From Nymphaea colorata (taxonomy: Eukaryota), in NCBI RefSeq assembly GCF_008831285.2, contig NC_045138.2, positions 37,324,001-37,388,000 on the forward strand: a stretch of DNA of 64,000 nucleotides, given 5' to 3'. A program made the position numbers and the translations under genes. Shown here piece by piece: positions 12,449-24,128 of the stretch. The notes below the pieces were generated by a model, which worked only from the letters and a program-made list of their open reading frames with translations, was not told where the DNA came from and did not search any database. How positions within the stretch are numbered: position 1 is the stretch's first letter; each line of letters begins with the position of its first letter.

Positions 12449-14373
12449 ATGACCTTCAATGGCAGAAATAATGCTCAACAAAACATTTTGTTCTCCTTGT
12501 CAAGAACAGTACTTGCCTGTCTCATCTGCTTCTTTGGCTATCTTGAATAAAAACCAAAGCTGGAAATATTCAGCGAAATCAGATGATGGAAAAATGTCAT
12601 TTTCTGCACTTGATCTCATTGCATGCCGTCAATGGATTTGGTCTCGAATTGGATGTGCACTTTAGTATGTCCAATCGATTTATCGTATGCTCACATGTTT
12701 GGGTTCAAATTCAAATAAAGAAATGGACGTGCCATATCCAAATCTGAATATTAAATTCAAAATCAGAGTTTAACTATTAAATTCACATCTGGACCCGCGT
12801 GTGAACCATATTATTATTATGTATATGTTAAAACTAACTTTCAAAATGTACGAATTGTGGATGTGGAATATTTATCTAAATTTGAATAAGATTAGATATT
12901 TATTTAAAACTGAAGTCAATTCTAGTCCGATTCTTCCATCGGATGTCAAATTCTTTTCCATATACAAACGGTGGATATGGAAAATTGTGGCCTTACCCAA
13001 CCGGAAGCCGCCTTCACTAAGAAAAATATAACTTTTAGTGGCGGGGGAAAATGGTAGCAAAGATTGGCAAAGCGTCGCTGAAAGCCCGCTATCGTGACGT
13101 AGGGCATAATGCAACACCATCAGTTAAAAATCATCAATGACGTGGGACATTCCCTGACAAGAAAAAGCATATATATCGTAAAAAGGACAAAAATTACGGT
13201 AGCATCTGGGTGATTTATTTACCTTTTACTAGCCGATAGAGAGGCGGTAGTCTCCACCTCAATTTTTTAAAAAAAAAAATTACATCTAAATTTTAGACTT
13301 GTTTTATATAAAAATTTTAAAAAATGATATTTCGATGTGTATCAAAATTTAAAAACTTTAGTTCAGTATTCTTCATAAAAAATGTCTGGTTCTATCCTTA
13401 ATTTTGGACCTTTTACAGTCGAAAATAGTAACACACTAGATTGTGATAGCGACCATAGATTTTGTAATACAGATCCATTAGAATGAACCACTTTGATGCA
13501 CAATGGGCTACACTCTTGAAGAACTTGCTTAGTATCGTTGCCAGGACTCCCAAAATAAACCACTACCGTGCTATCAAAATGCCTACAAAAATAGGGACGG
13601 GGAAACATGTTCAGGCCAATTCAAATGGGCTTGATGCGCGCATACGTGCTCCAGCATGTTCCATAACCATGGAACAACACCGAACATATCAAATAACTAT
13701 AGAGATTTTACGATTGTTCTCAAGGAGTTTCATTCGAAGTTTCCAAATAACTAATTTGTATTAAAGGACGAAAAAAAAAACAATCCCAAAAATGTGATGC
13801 ATAGGGCTACTATGAAAAATCCACACAATGTTGGCGTTTGTCTTATATTTGGAAATCAATATACAATTTTTTTGTATCCGATACAATTTCAACCAAGCAT
13901 TTACTCTCTAATAATCGTAGCTACTTAAGCATTTCACTCTCAAAATTTGGAAAAATGAACTTAAACAAAACATGAGCCGCACAAGTTATGCCTCAAAGAG
14001 GCAATTAAATGAAAGAAAATCGAGTTTTAAGTATGTTTAAGTTTCGCTTTGCATATGCAAATTTTTCGTTTTCATAATTCTTTGATTACCTCTAAAATAT
14101 TGGAAGCGGTTGGTTCATATTGCTGGGGAGAGGACCCATGATGGTTCAACAACCACAGACCCTCCACTTGGCAGAAGCCATGGCCTCTGAGCAGAGGGCC
14201 CGGACAGTTCTTTCTCAAATAGCTCTTTGTCTCCCGCGGTTTCCGTTTCATAAGGACCAAGTTCATCGTTCGAACCTATAAAATGGGTTTCTTCGTCCCA
14301 AAAAGAACTGAACAATTGACACTCTGTTTTCTCGCTTTCTGGATGAGTACTTAGAAGTTCAAGCAACTTGGCA

Positions 14374-17215
14374 ATGGCACCCCCTACCCAATTTACCATT
14401 TTCCTCTTTTCTCTCGTTTTTGCTCTCCTCTCTGGTATATCTTTCTTTCTTTCTCTTACTCCCGGGAAAAAACAAGTATTTCTCTAAAATATTGATTGGA
14501 CCAATGAGAGTTTATGCTTAGAATCTGAAAATGGCGGTTTTGATCACTGATACTTGATTATGTACGTAAAAGTGCTGAGCTTTTGAATTGTGGGTAGTCT
14601 CATTCCAATAGCATCTCTCTCGTTCTCTCTCACATACGCCAACATTGATTACCTTCGTTTTTTGTGCGATTTTGATAATAGATCGGAGTGGTTCGACGGC
14701 AGATTTACAATCCTTCGATGCCTCTCATGTCAGTCCTGCTGCAGCCACTAAACCAAAAGATCTAGAATTCGTCTCCGTTCCACAACACCCCGGCAAATCT
14801 CACAAGCAAGGGAAATCCGGCGACCAGCAACATCCTCCTGAAAGCAAGGACGGCAAATCCGACGACCACCAACATCCTCCTGAAAGTAAGGACGGCGACC
14901 AGCAACATCCTCCTGAATGTAAGGATCATTCATCATCTCTCCCTCTGTCTCCGTCTCCCATGGAATCCCATCTTTGGCCAAGCTAACTCTGGATTGCCCA
15001 TTTGAGAATGAGCAGCGGATGAGGAAGAATTCGGGTACGAAGAGGGGAGCGGGAAGGGGCCGGAGAAGTGGGGGCAGCTGAAACCCGAATGGGAAGCCTG
15101 TGGGAAGGGGAAGAAGCAATCTCCCATCGACATCTCCAACAATCACGTCACCCCCTCCGTGGAGATGGGGACTCTGCCCAAGAAATACAAGCCTGCCCAC
15201 TCCATCCTCCACAGCAGAGGCCATGATATCACGGTGACTTCACAAATCCTCCGTTTCTTTTTCAATGTTCTTCTTCCGTGTGTGTTCCCCCTCACGACTC
15301 AACTGAATCCGGAAGTTGCCAGAAAAGGTTCACACCAGCTTTAGAATATAGGCATAGAGAGTAAGTTAGATCAGTCCATCTAGAGACTTAGTGTTCTTCA
15401 GGTCTCTTCCATTTCTCAAGAACCACCACCCTTTGAGTAGGGAAGCTAGTTGTGGAGATGGCGAAAGGAAAAAAACAGTGCCAGCCAGAGATAGAGTGAG
15501 GGATTTAGGGATTTTAATAATGTATTGAATTTTAATGTTGGTTTTATTTTTCTAATTTCCTATTGATGTTTGGCAATAGATTAAATGGGACGGAGATGCT
15601 GGTGGTATCCGAATCAATGGCACCGAATACCATCTGAAAACTTGCCACTGGCACTCACCCTCCGAGCATACAATAAATGGGACAAGGTAATATATATATA
15701 TATATATAAGGTAATTAAGTAAAATAATGTCATTGTGATCTTCTATTTTGTCCGATTGCAGATTTGATTTGGAGTTGCACATGGTTCATGAGAGCGACAA
15801 AGGAGAAATATCGGTGGTTGCAATTCTCTACAGATATGGGCAACACGATGACTTTCTTGCGAAGGTCGAAAGCCACGCTTTTCTACTTCGTGTGAATTTG
15901 TACATATATGTCGTTTTTGGATCCGAATTTAGATACAAACACGGGTTTCCTACGAAAAATGACCATATACAAATAAGATCCAACGTCTAGAATCTTGGGA
16001 AATTTGCATTAGTAACATGTCGTTTTCATGTCTGTATTGAATTTTAACCCAAAAAAACTAACTTCATGACATTGATTCCTGGGCTCGTGATAATAATGTA
16101 GGCGTCCTGATCATTCTGATCAAACCACCAGATCAAAAGTTATTTCATAAAATGTCATTGTTAGTTGTCGAATATATATATGTATATATATATATATATA
16201 TATACATGTTATGTTGCTTATTAATGGGGTGATATGGGTTTCAGTTCATGCATGCGATCACAACAGTTGGCACCACTGATGAGGTCATTGGGTTCACTAA
16301 CCCAACAGACATAAAGATCGGAAGCAGGAAATACTACAGATATGAAGGCTCCCTCACCACCCCTCCCTGCACTGAGGGTGTCATTTGGAATGTGATGAAG
16401 AAGGTACTGCGTGCATTTTTCCTTCTCAAACAGTGTTCACCATTGGGTTTCAGTCAATTATTTAACAGAAATGTGGCACATCTCTTATGTTATGTCCCTC
16501 ATTAAATTCGTGATTTTTTGCATGTGCAGGTGCGGACCGCCTCAAAGTCGCAAATTTTTGCATTAAGAGGAGCTGTAAAGGAAGTAAGTTGATAATATTT
16601 GCAAAGGATTACTGTGGATGTTAATTGAAGGAGTTTAATGAATGAAAGCATAATCATGAAAATCAAACTACACATGCCAAAACGACAATAATAGATCATG
16701 CTTGTCATTCACCTAAGAATACCAAGTTCCATCTCTAAAACGTGAAGGCTTCTACAATGAAGCTAGAAATTTTGGTTGGAGGGGCACCAACTCAAAAACT
16801 TCAATGTCTTTAGAGCTACACTATATATATAATCAAATATTTCAGGTCAGTAATATTTATATATGCCATAACTGTTGGAGGTAAGAACTGAACAGATGGA
16901 AACTGGGCGACAGAGATTAATCCCGATGAACTCAGTTAAAGAACGGCTGGGTTTTCACTTCAACTCTCCCAACAAATTTAAAATCCTTTGCGATTTCTTT
17001 GGCAAATTGAGATAACTAAAGAAAAAGTTCAACAGAGAACTCATTAGAAAAGAATTTGAAGCGTCATTGTGATGCACACATATTGCTTTTGAGTTGTATG
17101 TTGATGATGAACTGCTATTAAATCCTTTTTACAGGGGTATGAGAACAACTCCAGGCCAATACAGGCCCTCAATGGCAGACCCATTTGGCTCTACAGCCCT
17201 CCCAACACAGAGTAG
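14374..17215 (+). CDS. Alpha carbonic anhydrase, tandem copy 2 (secreted; ~339 aa with the extra repeat exon, ~260 aa without)
   Basis: Exons 14374-14434, [14682-14918 extra], 15016-15233, 15580-15686, 15762-15864, 16245-16403, 16530-16583, 17135-17215. Motifs [56 protein letters not shown]. Confidence 0.93.
14810..14926 (+). repeat. Coding minisatellite (42/42/33 nt) encoding [18 protein letters not shown] units
   Basis: Units at 14810-14851, 14852-14893 and 14894-14926; all lengths are multiples of 3. Confidence 0.9.
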
Positions 17216-19461
17216 TGGAGGTCCGCGGCCTGCATCGTCCATTTTCTGAGGAAATCGTTGGGAAATGTTGCGAGTATTTTTGCACTGCAGAAGAATAAGC
17301 TATATATTCCTTCCAATACAACTACTTTTTTCAAAGTTTTTTTTGGTTTCTTTTAGATGATGAGAGAGTCCAATGATGTCTGTGGACGCCTCAGACTTCG
17401 TCTCAAATGGTGCATATTCATATGTAATCCTCCCTTTTAGCTGTTGATGGTTGAGAAATAAATGCCCAGCAGCTAATCCTAGGTTTAAATTCTTCTTGCT
17501 TTTGATGAGCAATAAGAAAGAAATATCAGTTGGAATCACAGCCCACGTTGGTCCTTTATTTAGTAAAACACTCAAAACAGTACTTAAGTTTATTTTTGAA
17601 GATTTTAATTGAAGAAGTTTTTAGAGGTCGATGGCAGTCAATGATCCAACTCGGTTCTCCGTATCCTATTATATAAAAGATTCGCCAGCTTCATTTTGCT
17701 TTTCCTTTTAGATCAAAATCAGAAACAGTAGAAAAGGTGATTCGAGCTTTGGTTACTTAAGCAAATGGCAAGGCACAATCCACCTTCCTTTGCTCAATTC
17801 AATTATTTTTCATATTTCAAAGACTAAACCGTCTGTTATTGATCGAATGCGAGCAGATTATTATTTGTGATCTTCGTTTTAAGCAAAGTTTTGCATCTTC
17901 TTTTGGTCTGGAAATAACCTTTTAAAAACCCAATAAAATTGTGGGAAATTCCAAATGTTTGTGAATATTATTGCCGCATGTGGGCAATTGCATATTGGTG
18001 ACCTGCCCGCAGTATTTCATTTTTGAAGGATTTAAAATTAAATTACTATATATTGGTACTCCTCGGTAAAAAAAAAAAAAACTTCTGCCCTAGCTATTCC
18101 TTTCTACGCAATGCAATGCCAGTGCAATTAATGTGAATAATTTTAATGGTAATTTCTTTTGAATTTCAATTAATGGCAAGTTGCGGTCTACCAAACTTAT
18201 TATATTAGCGTATGATGCTGATATCAGACTTAGGATTGGGCTCTTGTTGAAGGTCATCAGCTTAGCTTCTTATAAGAACTAGCTGTTTCCTTGTAGGCAT
18301 TCAGGTCATATTTAAAGACTCACTCTGCTGGTAAGAAGATAGAAAAAGAGCTATTAAGTTACTAACATATTTATTTTTTTACCAGAAAAATGACAGTGGC
18401 GGAGCCAGAAATTTCTCACGAAAGAACACTAGTGATTTAAATATAAAATTGAAGAGGCACACATATATAAATTAATAAAATATATTAAAAGATCAATATA
18501 AAAATAATAGAATTTGTGTGGGGCTGCTGCCTTCCCCATTGATGTCAGACTGAAGTTTTAAGTGAAATGAAGAGCCAATCTCATCAGCCAAGTGAGTGCA
18601 CAACTACTCTTCAAACTTTATTGGAAAGTGAGAAAAATATAAAAGGTTAGAAACGTTTGGCTGTTTGCTTTAAAATATGAATTCAAAACTTTAAAAACCT
18701 AAAAGTTATTGGTCCCTTAAAATAGCTATATTTTTTCATTTAGTAACACAAACACATTTTCTTCAATATTAGGCACTTAGATTTGGGGTCACTGCAGGAG
18801 TAGGTGATTTATAATTATTTTAACTTGTTTTCTCATTTTTCGAATATCATTTTTTAATTTTTAAAAAAATCAATACCATAATACTTTTAACTGATTCACC
18901 AAGTGGTTCAAATCCGTATATTGCAATGGCTATGATAACAACCACAAATGTGTTCAAATATTGTAAAAGAAAAAAGATTTACAATATGCACCTAATGTCT
19001 GCACAAATAACAAAGAGCCACCAGCTTTTAAACGGTATCAGAGAGGCATCCGAGTTTCTACTTGATTAATAAAATTAACCACTACTTATTCACAAGAAGT
19101 ATTGTAACATTTAAAAAAGAAAACAAATTATTCTGAAAAGAGAAAAAGAAAAATATTAAAAAATCACCATTTTAGGGATAATATTGTCATTCATTGTATT
19201 TATTCATATTCACAAGTGACGGTTTGAGAATTATGTGGAAACCTTGAGCGCTTATTTGATTAGTTTAAAACTCGGCAGCCGGGCAGTTCTCCGTAGGTTG
19301 CCTAAACTTTGGGCGCCAGTTCGTAAATATAATAATCTATACAAGTCATAAAAATAAGTTTAAAATCTCATCGTAAGGTCACCACGCCCCTTAGCTTTCT
19401 CTATAAAAGGGGATGGCAACTTCCAAGTGGAGAAGCAAAGCGTTAGCACACTCCGGTAGCC

Positions 19462-21527
19462 ATGAGCATCAAAGTCATCAGCCTCCTCCTTTTTCCCATT
19501 TTCTGTCTTCTCTTGTCTTGTAGCAACGCTTCTGAAGTTGGTAGGTTCTCTCTCTGTCTGTCTATCTGTCTCTTTCTCTCATGGATGCCATGTTTTCTGC
19601 TTTTTTCATTTGATGTGGTAGGTAGGAATTAAATTCTTCTGTCAATGAGCAGAGAAGGAGAAAGAGTTTGATTATGTGGAAGGAAGCAGGAAAGGGCCAG
19701 AGCACTGGTCAGAGCTTAGCCCTGAATGGGCAGCTTGCAGAGGCAAAGAGCAATCCCCCATTGATCTTCTCAGCAAGAGGGTCATCTTTCTCCCCAAACT
19801 GGGGAGGCTGAAAAGGAGATACAAGCCTGTCCACGCAGTCTTGAAGAACAGAGGCCACGATATTATGGTAACTATTCATTACCCTCTCCCCTGTTTTTCT
19901 GGTCCTCTCTAATACATTTGTGATCAAACTCGATCTGCAACCGTGACTGCTTGGGAACATTGCAGATTTCTAGTTGTTTAACGAAGTATTTCTTTTTCCT
20001 TTTTTTATCGCGAATGACATTCACAGTCGCATAGGGTGGGGTTCTGAAGAACGTTGTTAGAAGGAGACGTTATTTTTTAGTGGAACAGAAAAGAGACAAA
20101 AAATGTTCATGTTACATAAACTTTCAGTCGACTGCCTGCTCCTAGATGTTCTGGTTCCAAGGTGGAAAGGGCGCAAATGCGACGTTAAAGTGACGAAATT
20201 TGTGTTGTGATGCAGCTGCAGTGGGTGGGAGACGCAGGAGGGATTTACATCAAAGGGGTGAAGTATGAACTGAAGCAATTGCATTGGCATTCACCTTCCG
20301 AGCATTCAATAAACGGGACAAGGTGTGCCTTTCGAAATTTGTAGTAACTTCCATTAATGCTTGCTTCCATTTCGGTTGAAGTTGGTGAGTGAAATTATGG
20401 AGGAGGATGCTAATGCCCTTCCTGTACATTTGCAGGTATCAGTTGGAGCTGCACATGGTTCATGAGAGCAGGGAAGGAGATGTAGCTGTCGTTGGGATCC
20501 TCTACAAATTGGGCAGACCTGATTCCTTCCTTGCCAAGGTTCAAACCTGCAACTTTTTCTGTTTCACACCCATTCTCTTCCCCCCTTGCAGTGTCTGTGC
20601 GGCTGTGCCTGCGCTCGTGCTTGCATATGAGAGAGAGAGAGAGAGAGAAAGAGCACATGGTTGGTGAGGGCAATAAACTAATAAAGAAGGCAGAGCTTTG
20701 CTGTTCTTTACAAATTCAGGAAGTGTGATATCTTTACTAGGCTCCTTTTCTGTAAAAGTAGATGCCGTTTTTACACAACCGTGGTGACCAGTATAGCATT
20801 TACTATCCAGCCAATTACTCATTCATTTCTTCTGTATTTTGGTTGCCTGTTCATGCTTTTTTCAGCTGATGCATGTCATTTCAAGAGTAGACCCAACTCA
20901 AGAAGAAGCAATTGGAATTGTCAACCCGAAAGATGTGAAAATTGGTAGCAGGAAATATTACAGATATGAAGGCTCTCTCACCACCCCTCCCTGCACCGAA
21001 GGTGTGATTTGGACTATCGTTAAAAAGGTAAGCAGAGTATGTATGTGTGTGTGTGTACATATATATATATATATATAAATTGAATGTGAATCATAATAAT
21101 TTATCCCCCTTCTTACTAAATGTTTTAAAAAAGAAAGGTGGTGAGTTGGGGGTTAAGATAAAAACATAATTTGGCACCTTTATAGCATAAAAGTTGTGAA
21201 GGAAAACCGATAAATCCTTGTCCACATGTGGTCTCCATGTGTGCCTGCGTCTGTTGAATTAATTCCTTTTTTTGTTGGTGATCGGGCGATACAGGTGAGG
21301 ACTGCCTCAAGACGACAGATTCATGAACTGAGACAAGCAGTTCATGATGTAAGTTTACTTGTATTTGTGAAAGAGAGAAAAATCGAGGATCCGTCTTAAA
21401 CTTCATCTTCTTTACCAAACTCTGCAGCCCATTTGGTTTTCTTTTACAGGGTTTTGAGGTGAATGCCAGGCCGACACAAGGCACCAACGACCGACCAATT
21501 TGGCTCTACACCCCCAGGTCCATCTGA
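19462..21527 (+). CDS. Alpha carbonic anhydrase, tandem copy 3 (secreted, ~265 aa)
   Basis: Exons 19462-19540, 19653-19867, 20216-20322, 20436-20538, 20866-21027, 21295-21348, 21450-21527. Motifs [46 protein letters not shown]. Confidence 0.96.
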
Positions 21528-24027
21528 GAGCTGCTTTTCCGGCGACCATTTTGTAATGTATTTGTCTATGCACGCTGGCTGCTGAAGTTTCAAACTTCGA
21601 AGTATTAGTAAATACATAATAGTCGGACTATTGTCATCAATAAGAAAATTTCCCTTTTTCCCTTTAACATTAGTTAAGTTTGTCTTTTTCATCTTTTAAA
21701 AAGTAACGTGTTTGATGTGCTTAACTATTGCCGTTTAGTTGTTGGCATGCTTTAAACCAAATTGGTTTAGTGGAAAAAAGTAGGTCCCTTTTTTTGCAAT
21801 GAATTTTTTAACGCAATTCGTACTCTAAATTTTTTGCCGTATTAACCAAATAAATGTTTTTTAAGTGGCCAAACCGGAGGAAAGACATCCCAAATGAGGC
21901 AAAAAGCGCACGCTTGCAATTTTGTAAATTGCAATTTGATTCACTAAAAGAAGAAGAAAAATCCTAAATACGGGCTCCTGACACAGTACTTTTAAGTAAG
22001 TAAGCCAAAAGCAAATAAATTAAACATGTGATTGTCTGACTACTGTGTTTCCTGAAAGCAATAACTAATAACTAATAAGTTGTCCATTCAAGACTCATGT
22101 TTTTTAAACAGTTGGGGTGAAGGTTGGTAGACATCGGTTTTCATTTCAAATGTTAATAGCATCAATTTATTGTTTTGTACAAAAAAATGACTATTAACAT
22201 ACTAGCAGGATATTTTGAGACACCAAAAGCAGATCTTGTATTTTAAGGGGACGAGAAGTTAAGTAGGAGGTTCGCTCTCATCTCAATCGGTTACCGTGAA
22301 ATGTTTACTGAAAATAAGCCAATGACCTTCTGGTGGGCATCGCTGGGGCCCATCCGGCTTTCGGCCCCCGGCCTGGGTTGGGCTGGGCTGGACAAAAGCT
22401 GCCTACCTACTTATTTTAAAAGCACATCCCAGTCTTTCATAAAAGTAACTTGTTCGAGATAAGTTGTCTGGTGGAATTTATGTTACACCTTCGTGCAAAC
22501 ACGTCCTAGAAAAATGTTTACCCGTTTAATATCAAAATAACAACAATTTGTCACTCCCAAACAACCTCATGATATACATGAACTACTTTTTCCCCCTTGT
22601 CAACAGGAAAGCTGCAGAACTTAGCAACAGAGACACATCTAAGGCAATTCAGACCGATCTTCAACTTTAAGGTAAGATCGAGAGGGATTAATGCCCTTCA
22701 ATATATATACTTCATAGAACGTACGCAAATCATCAATATTTTAAGGGAAACTTGAGAAAACAACGTCATAGCTCATGACTAACTATTTGCAGCAGTAAGC
22801 AAACGGCACATTTCTTTCATGTCTTTTGGATATATATCTGACCAATCCCCACTTGGATAAGGCTCAGATATTGATATTGGTGTTGTCATGATCACATTAT
22901 ATTCCGCGTAAGCATGTTGTAATTTTTTTTTCCCTCCTTTATGACGATCTTTTAGAAAACAAACAAAGGAATGAGGAGGTGAGATTTGGTCATCACATAT
23001 ACACATGCACCAAATATTATCTTTTTAACTTAATATTTTAGTAACGAAGTAAAAAAAGCCTTGAAACTAGTAAAAGAAAGTGTCAATTTACCCATAATTC
23101 CAAAAAAAGTATTATCTTCTGCAAATCCCTTGGAAAGTATGCAGGAGAATACTCTTCAATGTCATTGAAGGCTTCTCTATGGTTTAAAGAATGGAAGCTT
23201 CGACTTTTGCTTCATTAAAATAACGGCAGCCAATTTATTTAAGTAACGTTTTCTACATCCATGAGGGCACTTGGCGTATGCAAGAATTAATTTAGCTTTT
23301 TTCCTCATCAAGTTGGAGGGGGAAAAAAAAATCTTTAATGGTAAAGACGAAATCAAAGAGAACTTGTTCACTTTATTTTTAAAAAAAAATAATATTTTTT
23401 AAAAATTAAATCACGTACATAAATTAAAATAAAGACTCCTTAATCAAAATTGGCATGTGGCACTTTTCGTATGGCCACTGAATCGAACAGGTTTGTCATT
23501 GATTCGATTCTATCTGATCGTGTTCGTCAAAAACGAATAGAAGTAGAGAGAGAGAAAAAATATATATTTTATTTGCTGTAATAGAATAAAGAAATATGCA
23601 TGAAGCGGAGAAGGTTAGTTTTAACGGCTATTCTTCATCGTAAAGTAAAATAATTCGAGTACGAGCTAGGAAATTGTTTACTGAAAGTAAACAATTTTCG
23701 TTCATTAGTAAAACATCCCCAGTTTCTATGCGATTCTGAAATTAGATTAGATTAATGACTTAGGTTTCCGTTTAGATCAAGTATCGGACCGAGACTCTTT
23801 TCAGATCTCACCTGGACCATCGTGACCTCTGCAAGAATCCAAAAAGCCAATTTGAGCACCACTTTCTTGCAGGTCTTGGGGCCCAAATCAATAATATAAA
23901 ATAATAATAACGAGCCTCTCGAAACAAAACATTTTAGCACGAACTATGAAGTCATCTATTTTAGATTTAAAACTTACCATATCATGTTTGAATTTAAGAC
24001 TTACCATATGATCATCGTGCTCCTCTC

Positions 24028-24031
<4 letters not shown>

Positions 24032-24064
<33 letters not shown>
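24032..24064. repeat. (TA)n microsatellite in the core promoter region of CA copy 4
   Basis: ~16 TA units ending 65 nt upstream of the ATG. Confidence 0.95.
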
Positions 24065-24069
<5 letters not shown>

Positions 24070-24128
24070 CTCTGTAACAGATGAAAACTCTCAAGGAGAA
24101 AAACTAGACGTTAGCTCTCAAAAGCGCC

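Noticed and set aside
18395..18545. CAGTGGCGGAGCCAGAAATTT hAT-MITE-like terminus (weaker look-alikes near 9333 and 16755)
   Set aside because: The matching opposite terminus is too degenerate to delimit an element.
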